Made by a program: the position numbers and the translations under genes. The notes below the pieces were generated by a model that saw nothing but the letters and a program-made list of their open reading frames with translations, did not search any database and had not been told where the DNA came from. DNA of 61,453 nt from Micrococcales bacterium (GTDB lineage Bacteria; Actinomycetota; Actinomycetes; Actinomycetales; Microbacteriaceae). Positions within the stretch are counted from its first letter, which is position 1, and each line of letters starts with the position of its first letter. This document shows, in pieces, positions 9,335 to 18,874 of the stretch. Location: positions 1 through 61,453 of the forward strand of contig JBFYOM010000001.1 of the NCBI GenBank assembly GCA_041303805.1, read 5' to 3'.

Positions 9335-10645
9335 CTAGCCCAGAAGATCCCGCAAGCCCTTGTCTAGGTCGTCGCCGTCTCTGCCAATACCCGCTAAGAA
9401 TGCTTCTACGTCGTCAATATCATCGCTGGTTGGAAGCAGGTCTGGGTGTTCCCAAAGAGCGTCGCGTCGATCAACCCCCAGCCTTTCTGTTACCACACGC
9501 CAAAACTCAGTGGCTTCACGAACTCTTTTTGGCTGAAGCTCCAAACCAATCAGGGTTGCGAAGGTTGCGCGCGCCGGACTGGAGCCGGCTCGTCGCCTAA
9601 GTACTTCACCTAACTGAGGTGCAGTCGGCAAAAGTTTGGTCGCATTTTCGGTGACTACCGTAACCCAGCCCTCGATTAGGGCCAGCAGGTTTTCGATTAC
9701 CTTGAGAGAGATGATTTGTTCTTCGGAGCGTTCTGCAAGGAATGCACCCGATTCCATAGCGCTCTTAAGCGCTTCGGCGTTTTCTGGTGAAATCTCACTT
9801 GCCAAGTCGCGCAGTTTTTCCCCATCGATTTGAATTCCCTGCGCGTAGTTCGAAATTTGAGCTAGGACGGAATCTCGAAGCCAACGGCTCTGTTTGAAGA
9901 GCCTGGCATGACTAAATTCTCGGGCCAGTAAATAGATTCGAGCCTCGTCTGCTACCAGTGAGTGATCGCTTATAAATGCTTCCAGATTCTGGGTGACTAT
10001 GGCTGGACGAGACTCGCTGTAAAACGGGAGGCCGATGTCGCCGCCGGTTAGAACTTCTTGGGAAAGCTTCCCGAGGGTCTGGCCAAGCTGCATTGCGAAA
10101 ATGGTGCCACCAGCACTCCTCATCAGTCCTCTGGCTCCAGCTGCTATGGCATCAAGTTCTTCGGGAAGGTTCGCTTCCAAGTTTTCTGATAGCGCCTCGG
10201 CAACTCGTTCCGCAATTGGCCCCGCGAGAGATTGAAAAAGAGGTTGAGCGTCAAGCACCCAAAGTTCCCGAGTTAGCAATTTTGGGGTTGCCGCAACTTG
10301 ACTCAGGGATGTGGCTTGGTCTAACCAGAGTGCGGCAATGTTTGATGCCTCAAGTACCGTCGAACGAACCCGATCATCAACTACCTGAGCGCCGACACGG
10401 GCTAGCTCTAAGGCCTGCTTCTCGGCAAGTTCCCAGTTGACTCCTCGAATTGTTTGAGACTCTCCAGACGCAATTGCACCTTGAATCTGGGAAATCAACG
10501 CTTTCAAGGCTTCGGGATCATTAGGTAAGCCTGCAATCTTGGCCAGCTCTTGGGCATCAACTTGCCCATTTCCGCTCAGAAGTTCCGAAAGGAACTTAGC
10601 AAAGTCTTCCGGGTCGAAGTCGGGATTCTGATTAGAGTCGGTCAA
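9335..10645 (-). CDS. Putative zinc-dependent metalloprotease (DUF2342/Rv3195-like)
   Basis: VNWELA, QLGQTLGKLSQEVL..DIGLP, LAREFSHARLF, LALIEGWV, RDALWEHPDLLPT; TTG start after GAGGTG SD. Confidence 0.85.
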   Translation of the reverse strand: MTDSNQNPDFDPEDFAKFLSELLSGNGQVDAQELAKIAGLPNDPEALKALISQIQGAIASGESQTIRGVNWELAEKQALELARVGAQVVDDRVRSTVLEASNIAALWLDQATSLSQVAATPKLLTRELWVLDAQPLFQSLAGPIAERVAEALSENLEANLPEELDAIAAGARGLMRSAGGTIFAMQLGQTLGKLSQEVLTGGDIGLPFYSESRPAIVTQNLEAFISDHSLVADEARIYLLAREFSHARLFKQSRWLRDSVLAQISNYAQGIQIDGEKLRDLASEISPENAEALKSAMESGAFLAERSEEQIISLKVIENLLALIEGWVTVVTENATKLLPTAPQLGEVLRRRAGSSPARATFATLIGLELQPKRVREATEFWRVVTERLGVDRRDALWEHPDLLPTSDDIDDVEAFLAGIGRDGDDLDKGLRDLLG

Positions 10646-10695
10646 GTTTTCACCTCAGGCTAAGGCTAGTGCTTCCAACGCCTAGGCTGGTTAAT

Positions 10696-11493
10696 GTGAA
10701 AGCAAAACTGCGGAAAAGACTTGGATGGATCCTTGTCGGGTTTTCGTCTCTGGTTGGTCTTTGGGCGTTTACACAACCACTCCCTTATGTTTACGTGGCT
10801 CCGGGCCCAGCTTTCAACGTCTTGGGTGAATTTGAAAATTCCGAGATTATTTCGATCACACCCACGCCCAGCGGAGAATCTCTTGGTTCAATTGATTTGC
10901 TAACGGTCTCGCAGTACGGCTCACCAAAGCTAACCCCGACTTTCCTTGAATTGCTAATTGCGCTGTTCTCAGAAGATAAGGCCATCTACCCAATTGAAGC
11001 CATTTATCCTTCCGGGGTTTCAGAAGAGGAAATGGACGACAAACAATCTAAGTTTTTTGAAGAATCCAAGCAGTCGGCCATAACAGCAGCGTTCTCGGAA
11101 TTGCCAACCGGTTTTGATGAAAAGTACGAAGTCAATTTGGAGTTGGATAGAGTCGGCGGCCCATCCGGCGGCTTAGCATTCGCATTGGGAATTATTGATA
11201 GATTGTCGCCGGAGTCCATCACTGGTGGTAAACGATTTGCAGTAACCGGCACAATCAAATCCGATGGTGAGGTTGGTGCCATCGGTGGAATTCGTCAGAA
11301 GGTTTTCTCCGCAATTGCGGCAGGGGATCGATTTCTGCTTATCCCTGAAGACAATTGTCGGCAGGCCGTGGCTGTGAATCAATCCAAGGTGCAGGTTATT
11401 CCTGTGAAGTCAATTAAAGAAGCTCTAGTTGCGATGTCCATAATTGCTTCGGACGGAAATCTGGATTTAGTACCAGTCTGTTCCACAAAGTAG
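10696..11493 (+). CDS. Membrane-anchored Lon-type (S16) protease, YlbL-like, lacking the PDZ domain
   Basis: N-terminal TM, PYVYVAPGP, catalytic GGPSGG (Ser) and GGIRQK (Lys). GTG 10696 is 7 nt after TAGGCT; ORF-track start is 10669. Confidence 0.85.
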   Translation: MKAKLRKRLGWILVGFSSLVGLWAFTQPLPYVYVAPGPAFNVLGEFENSEIISITPTPSGESLGSIDLLTVSQYGSPKLTPTFLELLIALFSEDKAIYPIEAIYPSGVSEEEMDDKQSKFFEESKQSAITAAFSELPTGFDEKYEVNLELDRVGGPSGGLAFALGIIDRLSPESITGGKRFAVTGTIKSDGEVGAIGGIRQKVFSAIAAGDRFLLIPEDNCRQAVAVNQSKVQVIPVKSIKEALVAMSIIASDGNLDLVPVCSTK

Positions 11494-11502
11494 ATTAGGT
11501 AT

Positions 11503-14310
11503 ATGAAAATGAAGCCGATTCGCCCTGCTCAACTATCCCTCATCATCTTGGCCGTTCTTGGAGCAGCCTTTTTGGCATCGACATCCTTTTATACCTCCGT
11601 GCTCTGGTACCGCCAACTCGGCTTTGAAAATGTCTTATTCACGCAGATCTGGACCCAGGGGATTCTGGCTATAAGTGCGGGTCTTTTCGCACTGCTGGTT
11701 TTTGGATTGAATATCTACCTCGCCAATCGAATGAAACCCCTTTATGCAAAGGTGAGCTCGGCAAACGATCCTCTGGCTCAGATTAGAGAGCAGTTCGAGT
11801 CCGTTCGCAAATTAGCGATTATGGCTGCCCCAATTGCGGTCGGTGTTTTGGCAGGTTTGGCAGCTGCGCCTAGCTGGCAGGAAGCCCTGCTGTTTTTGAA
11901 CTCTACTGAAACCGGAAAGCTTGATCCGCAGTTCAATCTCGACGCAAGCTTCTACCTGTTCCAACTTCCATTCTTGGGAACGGTGGTTGACTTTGTGGGG
12001 GCGCTTCTTTTGATTACAGTTCTAGCAACCGCCTTCCTCCACCTGGTAAATAGAAACATCCGTTTCTCAGGAAAAGACACCCAGGTTGGTAAGGGCGCCC
12101 GAATTCAGATTTCTATTTTGGCCGCACTCTTTCTACTAGTTGAAGCGGTATCTGTTTGGCTAGACCAGTACAAGACACTCACTAGTTCTTCAGGTCTTTA
12201 CACCGGGGCAACCTACTCAGATGTGTTCGCACAGATCCCGGGTCTTCAAATCATCGCCGCTATCGGAGTTTTGGTGGCTGTTCTGTTCCTAATCGGCGGC
12301 TTCATCGGTAAGTGGCGCCTTCCAATTTTGGCAACAGGCTTGATGGTTGTTAGCTCGCTGATTCTAGGTGGGGTTTACCCCTGGCTAGTTCAAAGCTTCC
12401 AGGTGGTTCCGAATGAGCGAACTTTGGAAAGCGAATACATTCAGCGCAACCTAGAAGCAACAAGGTTTGCGTACGGACTGGACGGCGTTGAAAAGATTGA
12501 ATACAACGCCAAAACAACCGCTTCTGAGGCTGACCTAAGAGAGGACGCCGACACAACGGCCAACATTCGAATCATCGACCCAATGCTCGTGTCAGCTTCA
12601 TTCCGTCAATTGGAACAGTATCGCCAGTACTACAATTTCAAGAACTATCTTGATGTAGACCGCTACACCATTGATGGAAAAGTTCAGGACACCGTTATTG
12701 CGGCCCGTGAGCTAAACCAGAGCGGTCTTGGCAACTCACAGTCATGGTTCAACAACGTGCTTGTTTACACCCACGGTTACGGCTTGGTGGCTGCCTACGG
12801 TAACCAGCGTGACAGCGACGGACAGCCGGTATTCCTCCAGAAGGGAATCCCGACCGAAGGTCTGCTTGGTGAGTATGAACCACGCATCTACTTTGGCGAA
12901 AACTCGCCAGAGTACTCAATCGTCGGAGGAACCGGTGAAGACCGTGAACTCGACTATCCAGGTGGAGAAGACAACGCTGAACAGACCTACACAACTTTCA
13001 AGGGCGATGGCGGGCCGAAGCTCGACAACCTCTATGTTCGCCTTGCTTATGCTTTGAAGTTCTCGAGTGAACAGTTGTTGCTCTCGGATGCAATTAGCAA
13101 TTCTTCACAGATTCTTTATGACCGCAACCCGATAGACCGAGTTGCTGCCGTGGCCCCATATCTAACCTTGGATAGTGACATTTACCCTGCTGTGGTAGAC
13201 GGCCGCATTAAATGGATCGTAGACGGATACACCACTTCGTCTCAGTACCCATATTCACGTGCTGAAAACTATGGCCAGGCTGCCTCCGACTCTTCGATCA
13301 GGGTGGGCGGCCCAGACATTAACTACATTCGCAACTCCGTAAAGGCAACTGTCGACGCCTATGACGGCTCGGTCAAGCTTTACGCTTGGGATGCTGAGGA
13401 CCCGATCCTAAAGAGTTGGATGAAGGTTTACCCAGGCAACGTTGCTCCGGTCAGTGAAATGTCTGGCGCGCTAATGAGCCACGTTCGTTACCCAGCCGAC
13501 CTCTTCAAGATTCAGCGAGGAATTCTGGGGCAATACCACGTCAACGAAGCGGGCGCTTTCTACTCTCAACAAGACGCCTGGATGGTTCCGAATGACCCTT
13601 CCAGCGACACCAACACAACTGCTTTCCAGCCTGCCTACTACTTGACGATGCAGACTCCCGGTTCCGACAAATCCCACTTCTCGATCTACACCGGATTCAT
13701 TCCTAGGTCGACTGGCGAATCAAACCGAAGCGTTCTAACCGGCTACCTGGTCGCAAACTCGGATGCTGGAAACGTCAAGGGTCAAGTGGACCCTGAATAC
13801 GGAAAACTTCGATTGCTAACCTTGCCTAAGAATTCAGTGGTCCCTGGTCCAGGTCAAGCACAGAACTCGTTTACGACCGACCCTGAAGTTTCGAGGCTTC
13901 TGAATCTTCTGCAGCAAGGTTCAACTAAGGTACTCCGAGGAAACTTGCTCACCCTTCCAGTTGGAGGTGGTTTGCTTTACGTTCAGCCGGTTTACATCCA
14001 GTCGACCGGAGAGACCAGCTTCCCTCTGCTCAAAAAGGTGCTCGTAATGTTCGGTGACAAGATTGCATTCGAGGACACTCTTGAAGGTGCCCTTAACAGT
14101 CTGTTTGGTTCAGGCACGGTTTCTCCTACCCCTGGTGGTGAGCCAACTGACCCAGATACCTCAAGCTTGGCTAGTGCTCTAGAAGCTGCTCAGCGAGCTC
14201 TAGACGACCAAGCAGCAGCCATGCGAGACGGTGACTGGGCGGCATACGGACGCGCAGCAGCAGATCTCAAGGCTGCCATCGCCGCGGCTCTGAAGGCGGC
14301 TGGCAACTAG
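11503..14310 (+). CDS. UPF0182 family membrane protein
   Basis: Multi-TM N-terminus, DPQFNLDASFY, YTHGYG, YEPRIYFGE, NYIRNSVKATVDAYDG, GNLLTLP; followed by tRNA-Met as is usual in Actinobacteria. Confidence 0.93.
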   Translation: MKMKPIRPAQLSLIILAVLGAAFLASTSFYTSVLWYRQLGFENVLFTQIWTQGILAISAGLFALLVFGLNIYLANRMKPLYAKVSSANDPLAQIREQFESVRKLAIMAAPIAVGVLAGLAAAPSWQEALLFLNSTETGKLDPQFNLDASFYLFQLPFLGTVVDFVGALLLITVLATAFLHLVNRNIRFSGKDTQVGKGARIQISILAALFLLVEAVSVWLDQYKTLTSSSGLYTGATYSDVFAQIPGLQIIAAIGVLVAVLFLIGGFIGKWRLPILATGLMVVSSLILGGVYPWLVQSFQVVPNERTLESEYIQRNLEATRFAYGLDGVEKIEYNAKTTASEADLREDADTTANIRIIDPMLVSASFRQLEQYRQYYNFKNYLDVDRYTIDGKVQDTVIAARELNQSGLGNSQSWFNNVLVYTHGYGLVAAYGNQRDSDGQPVFLQKGIPTEGLLGEYEPRIYFGENSPEYSIVGGTGEDRELDYPGGEDNAEQTYTTFKGDGGPKLDNLYVRLAYALKFSSEQLLLSDAISNSSQILYDRNPIDRVAAVAPYLTLDSDIYPAVVDGRIKWIVDGYTTSSQYPYSRAENYGQAASDSSIRVGGPDINYIRNSVKATVDAYDGSVKLYAWDAEDPILKSWMKVYPGNVAPVSEMSGALMSHVRYPADLFKIQRGILGQYHVNEAGAFYSQQDAWMVPNDPSSDTNTTAFQPAYYLTMQTPGSDKSHFSIYTGFIPRSTGESNRSVLTGYLVANSDAGNVKGQVDPEYGKLRLLTLPKNSVVPGPGQAQNSFTTDPEVSRLLNLLQQGSTKVLRGNLLTLPVGGGLLYVQPVYIQSTGETSFPLLKKVLVMFGDKIAFEDTLEGALNSLFGSGTVSPTPGGEPTDPDTSSLASALEAAQRALDDQAAAMRDGDWAAYGRAAADLKAAIAAALKAAGN

Positions 14311-14340
14311 GCGCAGATTCGTGCTAAACTGAACACACAC

Positions 14341-14414
14341 CGCGGGGTGGAGCAGTTCGGTAGCTCGCCGGGCTCATAACCCGGAGGTCGTAGGTTCAAA
14401 TCCTGCCTCCGCAA
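14341..14414 (+). tRNA. Initiator tRNA-fMet (CAT)
   Basis: Cloverleaf with C1:A72 mismatch, anticodon stem CCGGG/CCCGG with the GGG:CCC initiator hallmark, T-loop TTCAAAT; CCA not encoded. Confidence 0.96.
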
Positions 14415-14419
14415 CGAAA

Positions 14420-14453
14420 AACAGGTCCAATCGATAAATCGATTGGACCTGTT
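14420..14453. terminator. Long perfect hairpin after tRNA-fMet, probable intrinsic terminator
   Basis: AACAGGTCCAATCGAT-AA-ATCGATTGGACCTGTT, 16-bp perfect inverted repeat. Confidence 0.75.
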
Positions 14454-14461
14454 GCTTTAAC

Positions 14462-14472
14462 CTGTGAATAAC
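14462..14472 (+). promoter_or_regulatory. DnaA-box-like motif CTGTGAATAAC upstream of the 14511 gene
   Basis: Reverse complement TTATTCACA matches TTWTNCACA; 26 nt from the TAGTCT -10 and 38 nt from the ATG. Confidence 0.55.
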
Positions 14473-14510
14473 TTTTTTTATCAAAAAAGGTTTGCACCTA
14501 GTCTTTGTGA

Positions 14511-15191
14511 ATGTTCAAAGTGTTCATTTCATGTGTTGTTTCCCTCGGCTTGATTTTTCAAGTTACACCGGCAACGGTTCCAGCGTTTGCGGCAACCTGC
14601 AAGACTTCGGGCGGACAATCGGGAACATTGAAACATTCTGGACAAACTAACGGCACGTCTGCAAAAGTTTGCGGCAACGAAATTTGGAAGCTTCTAGGTA
14701 AACCAAAGGTTGTTAAGAGACCAACTAAACCACGCAAGCCAGTTTCTTGGAAAAATGAGTTCACAGTGACCCCGGACAAGCCAAAAATTGCGCCCATAAC
14801 TTCAACTGACATTTCGGTGGGTGATGTGATCGAATTCTCAGCGCAAGCGGTTGGTCACACTCGTAACCGAATGTTGCTCTGGTACCCAGCGCAGGTCAAA
14901 TTCACTCCCCAGTCCTATACCTGGGATCTAGGAGACGGTTCGAGCGCTAACGGTTTCAAAGTTTCGAATCGATTTTCAAGTGCGGGCGAATACCAAGTGA
15001 AGCTAAAGGTTTTCTATTCGGTGAAATATCGCATTATCGGCAGGAGTGTTTGGGTCAACCTACCTGGCGGGGTAACGGCCTTTAGCCGTCCGGTCTCGAT
15101 TCGCGTTGGAGATAAACCGCCGCCACCGAATGGTTCGGTGTCACTGGTGCATTGGAACTGCATACAAAAGCCTCTCGCTTTAGGTTGCTAA
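14511..15191 (+). CDS. Secreted basic protein with a PKD/Ig-like domain
   Basis: Signal peptide ending AFA-A; SYTWDLGDGS and GEYQVKLKV PKD-like motifs; two Cys pairs. Confidence 0.65.
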   Translation: MFKVFISCVVSLGLIFQVTPATVPAFAATCKTSGGQSGTLKHSGQTNGTSAKVCGNEIWKLLGKPKVVKRPTKPRKPVSWKNEFTVTPDKPKIAPITSTDISVGDVIEFSAQAVGHTRNRMLLWYPAQVKFTPQSYTWDLGDGSSANGFKVSNRFSSAGEYQVKLKVFYSVKYRIIGRSVWVNLPGGVTAFSRPVSIRVGDKPPPPNGSVSLVHWNCIQKPLALGC

Positions 15192-15192
15192 A

Positions 15193-15209
15193 ACTCAGAA
15201 ACCTTTCAG
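15193..15209 (+). promoter_or_regulatory. MprA-box-like direct repeat ACTCAG-N5-TTTCAG
   Basis: Two TCTCAG-like hexamers 11 bp apart, upstream of the TAGACT -10 (15220-15225) of an HtrA gene. Confidence 0.5.
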
Positions 15210-15231
15210 TTTGTTTTCTTAGACTTGAGTT

Positions 15232-16434
15232 ATGTCAGATGAGCACAACCGTCAATTCTTTTTCGATCGCCCAGTCGACCAATTGGTCGTTTTGCCAAAA
15301 GCTAAAAAAAGGCGTAAACCACTAACCGTTACCGGTGGTGTTGTGATCGCTTCGATGTTGAGCGCCCTGGTCGGAGGTGGAATCGCTGTTGGGGGGTACT
15401 ACCTTGCTACAGTTCCAACTCCGATCGTGGTCAACAACACAGAGGAAGTCAATTGGATTAGCGCTGCATCGGTAATCGCACTTCCAAGTGTTGTCACTAT
15501 CAATGTGAATGGTAGTTCTTCGGGTGGCTCAGGTTCAGGAGTCTTCCTCACCAAGGACGGCTACATCCTCACCAATGCACACGTTATATCTCTAGATGGA
15601 GATTCGTCAGTGCCTTCAGTTGAGGTTCAAACCTTTGACAAGAGAACTTACTCAGCCAAAATCGTTGGCTCGGACCCACTGAATGATTTAGCGGTCATAA
15701 AGATTGAAGGGCCGCTTGAATTCACAGCAATCGAATTTGCCGACTCAAACAAGATCAACGTAGGGGATCCGGTTTTAGCTATTGGGGCCCCGCTTGGGCT
15801 GGCAGCCTCGGTGACATCAGGTGTTGTGTCTGCTTTGAATCGAACCATTGCCGTGAAGAATTCTTCTGCTCCTAGCGAGGGCGGCAGCGGGCTGCAACTT
15901 TGGAACGGTAGCGGCAGTGCCCCGGTAAGTCTCCGAGTTATTCAAACCGACGCAGCAATCAACCCTGGTAACTCCGGAGGCGCCCTAGTTAACTCAAGGG
16001 GTCAATTAGTTGGCATTAACGTCGCGATTGCCTCCACTGGTTCCTCGGATGAGGGGCAGAGCGGAAACATCGGTGTGGGTTTCTCAATTCCATCCAATGT
16101 CTCCAAACGGGTCGCTGATGAAATCATCGCTACCGGCAAGGCCAGCCACGGACTGCTTGGCGCAATGGTAACCAATCAGCCATTCGATGCTGAATCAACT
16201 TCCTCTTTTTCCATCGGAGCTCTAATCAAAGAAGTCACGCCAGGTGGACCAGCTGATTTGGCCGGGCTCAAAGCTGGCGATGTCGTGACAGTTTTTAACG
16301 GCGAACGAATCTTGGAGTCTGGTGACCTTACCGCCGCAGTGCGCTGGGAACCAGCCGAAGCCCTCATAACTTTGGAGTTCACTCGTGAGGGAGAAACCCA
16401 AACTCTGACCCTTCGACTTGGAACGCTGAAGTAA
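15232..16434 (+). CDS. HtrA/PepD-like membrane serine protease (S1C + PDZ)
   Basis: TNAHV, DLAVIK and NPGNSGG catalytic triad; N-terminal TM; C-terminal PDZ (GGPADLAGLKAGDV). Confidence 0.92.
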   Translation: MSDEHNRQFFFDRPVDQLVVLPKAKKRRKPLTVTGGVVIASMLSALVGGGIAVGGYYLATVPTPIVVNNTEEVNWISAASVIALPSVVTINVNGSSSGGSGSGVFLTKDGYILTNAHVISLDGDSSVPSVEVQTFDKRTYSAKIVGSDPLNDLAVIKIEGPLEFTAIEFADSNKINVGDPVLAIGAPLGLAASVTSGVVSALNRTIAVKNSSAPSEGGSGLQLWNGSGSAPVSLRVIQTDAAINPGNSGGALVNSRGQLVGINVAIASTGSSDEGQSGNIGVGFSIPSNVSKRVADEIIATGKASHGLLGAMVTNQPFDAESTSSFSIGALIKEVTPGGPADLAGLKAGDVVTVFNGERILESGDLTAAVRWEPAEALITLEFTREGETQTLTLRLGTLK

Positions 16435-16439
16435 ACCTC

Positions 16440-16721
16440 GTGAGCCAACAAGAAACTCTACCGAACCCCGTCAGCGACATTCTCGTTGAAGAAGAAACGC
16501 AGCATCTCGAACCTGGCGACCACGAGCGTTACTCGCACTACGTTCGCAAAGAGAAAATTGTGGAATCCGCGGTTCTCGGTAGTCCGGTTCATGCTCTCTG
16601 CGGCAAGGTTTGGGTGCCTGGGCGGGATCCGAAGAAATTTCCGGTTTGCCCAATCTGTCAAGAGATCTACGACGGGCTGCGGCCAGAACCGACCGATAAG
16701 GACAGCGGTGATTCCGCTTAG
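16440..16721 (+). CDS. DUF3039 family protein
   Basis: GDHERYSHYV, ALCGKVWVP, PVCPIC motifs; convergent with pncB. Confidence 0.85.
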   Translation: MSQQETLPNPVSDILVEEETQHLEPGDHERYSHYVRKEKIVESAVLGSPVHALCGKVWVPGRDPKKFPVCPICQEIYDGLRPEPTDKDSGDSA

Positions 16722-18016
16722 ATAAACTCGGTAGGAATTGCGGCATCACCGCGTTGCAGACGATGTGCTTGAGCTGGCAATTCAGTTAGCGACCGTTCGT
16801 GCACAAGTCTTGCCGCTGCAACGCCTTCTGCCCCTGTGAAACCCGATACGATTTCTCCACTTTGTACAAGTGGTACAAGCAATTCACGAGCATCTTTGGG
16901 AACGGATACTTCGTGCTCAGGAATGAGCAGTTCGCGTACGGCTGTGGCGTTTTCGTAAATTCGAAGGGCTTGCTTTTTGCCACCGATGTTGGTTTTGTTG
17001 GCCGACCTTTTTGAGACGCTAACCCAGTTCTCCGAATCGTCTTTGTGAGCTACTAGTTTGTAGACGAATCCCGCTGTCGGAGCTCCCGATCCGGTTACCA
17101 CCGAGGTGCCAACTCCGTAGTTGTCCACCGGGGCAGATGCCAGGGCTGCGATTGCAAATTCGTCGAGGTCGTTGGTTACTGTAATTTTCGTGCTGACAGC
17201 ACCCAGAGAATCCAGTAGTTCCCGAACCCTCGCGACCTCGATGCCTAGATCGCCGGAATCGATTCGCACGGCGCCAAGATTTTTGCCTGCAATCTCAATC
17301 GCTTTTCGAACACCCTCGTCGGTGTTGTAGGTATCGACTAGAAGAGTGGTTCCGCTTCCGAAAGTTTCAACCTGAGCCCTGAAGGCGTCTTCTTCATTGT
17401 TGTGAAGCAGAGTGAATGCGTGAGCTGCGGTTCCCATGGTGGGCACATTCCAACTTCGACCAGCCTCCAGGTTTGAGGTGGCATCAAAGCCGGCAATGTA
17501 AGCGGCCCTGGCCGCGGCCACTGCGGCACGTTCGTGTGTTCTGCGACCACCCATTTCGGCGAGGTAACGCCCCCCGGCAGCAACTCGCATCCTAGAGGCA
17601 GCTGAAGCAACCGCTGAGTCGTAGTTCATGATCGATAGCACAAGGGTTTCTAGTAGGACACCCTGTTCGAAGGGGGCTTCCACAACCAAGACCGGCGAGT
17701 ATGCAAAGTAGGTTTCGCCTTCGCGGTAACCGGAAATGTCTCCAGTGAACTTGAAGTTGGCCAGGAAGTCGATTGTTGCGGAATCGACAACTTTGCCGTC
17801 TCCAAGCGCCTTTAGCTCGGCCTCTTCGAATCGAAAGTTTTGTAATTCTTCGAGTAGTCGCCCAGTTCCTGCGGTGACGCCGTATCGGCGACCGGAGGGG
17901 AGTTTGCGACTAAAAACTTCAAAGACGCACTGCCTCGAACCTAAGCCAGATGCCCGTGCCGCCTGAACCATGGTTAGTTCATAGCGGTCGGTGAGGAGGG
18001 CTGTGGATTTCTGCAC
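16718..18016 (-). CDS. pncB: Nicotinate phosphoribosyltransferase
   Basis: [45 protein letters not shown]. Confidence 0.93.
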   Translation of the reverse strand: MQKSTALLTDRYELTMVQAARASGLGSRQCVFEVFSRKLPSGRRYGVTAGTGRLLEELQNFRFEEAELKALGDGKVVDSATIDFLANFKFTGDISGYREGETYFAYSPVLVVEAPFEQGVLLETLVLSIMNYDSAVASAASRMRVAAGGRYLAEMGGRRTHERAAVAAARAAYIAGFDATSNLEAGRSWNVPTMGTAAHAFTLLHNNEEDAFRAQVETFGSGTTLLVDTYNTDEGVRKAIEIAGKNLGAVRIDSGDLGIEVARVRELLDSLGAVSTKITVTNDLDEFAIAALASAPVDNYGVGTSVVTGSGAPTAGFVYKLVAHKDDSENWVSVSKRSANKTNIGGKKQALRIYENATAVRELLIPEHEVSVPKDARELLVPLVQSGEIVSGFTGAEGVAAARLVHERSLTELPAQAHRLQRGDAAIPTEFI

Positions 18017-18022
18017 GCCTCC

Positions 18023-18044
18023 AGCCTACCTACTCGCCCTGACA
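18023..18044 (-). promoter_or_regulatory. PafBC/RecA-NDp-type promoter TGTCAG-N10-TAGGCT for pncB
   Basis: Exact TGTCRG-N10-TANNNT match; -10 ends 6 nt before the GTG. Confidence 0.65.
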
Positions 18045-18065
18045 GGCGTCACTAGACTTAGGAAC

Positions 18066-18866
18066 GTGAATGATGCACCGATTGGTATTTTCGACTCTGG
18101 AGTCGGTGGCCTGACTGTTGCTAGATCCATCATCGACCAACTCCCCAACGAATCCATCATTTACGTTGGCGATACAGCAAATTCTCCATACGGACCGAAG
18201 AGCATCGAAGAGGTTCGTCGTCTCGCTCTCGGCGTTATGGATAAATTGGTGGCCGAAGGCGTGAAGCTTTTGGTCATCGCCTGCAACTCCGCTTCAGCCG
18301 CCGTTCTGCGCGATGCCAGACAGCGCTATACGGACGGGCTAGGAATCCCAGTGGTCGAAGTCATTCAGCCTGCAGTTCGTAGAGCCGTTGCGGCAACCCG
18401 AAACAATCGTGTCGGGGTCATTGGCACCCAGGCAACTGTGAGCTCAAAAGCCTACGAAGACGCCTTTGCGGCGGCTGTCAATCTCGAAATCTCTGCGAAC
18501 GCCTGTCCTAGCTTTGTAGATTTTGTGGAGCGAGGAATCACCTCCGGCCCTGAACTTCTCAAGGTTGCCGAAGAGTATCTCGGCCCAATTCGCGAAGCTG
18601 GGGTAGACACCCTGGTCCTCGGATGCACGCACTATCCGCTGCTCACCGGAGCCATCAGCTATGTCATGGGTGATGGTGTGACCTTGGTTTCCAGCGCGGA
18701 AGAAACCGCCAAAGACGTTTACCGCACTCTCAGTGCTAACAACCTTCTTCGCACCTCTGCCAATTCACCGGAGTACCGATTCCAGGCAACCGGTGAAACT
18801 AAGTCTTTTGAAAAGTTGGCTAAACGCTTCCTCGGTCCCGAGGTTTCCAGCGTTGAGTCGTTATAG
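18066..18866 (+). CDS. murI: Glutamate racemase
   Basis: [22 protein letters not shown]; GTG 18066 is 7 nt after TAGACT. Confidence 0.95.
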   Translation: MNDAPIGIFDSGVGGLTVARSIIDQLPNESIIYVGDTANSPYGPKSIEEVRRLALGVMDKLVAEGVKLLVIACNSASAAVLRDARQRYTDGLGIPVVEVIQPAVRRAVAATRNNRVGVIGTQATVSSKAYEDAFAAAVNLEISANACPSFVDFVERGITSGPELLKVAEEYLGPIREAGVDTLVLGCTHYPLLTGAISYVMGDGVTLVSSAEETAKDVYRTLSANNLLRTSANSPEYRFQATGETKSFEKLAKRFLGPEVSSVESL

Positions 18867-18874
18867 GAGAAAAA

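Noticed and set aside
8286-11493. RiPP/TOMM biosynthetic cluster suggested by a ThiF-like gene plus proteases
   Set aside because: No YcaO, precursor peptide or exporter; this gene order is a conserved actinobacterial core neighbourhood.
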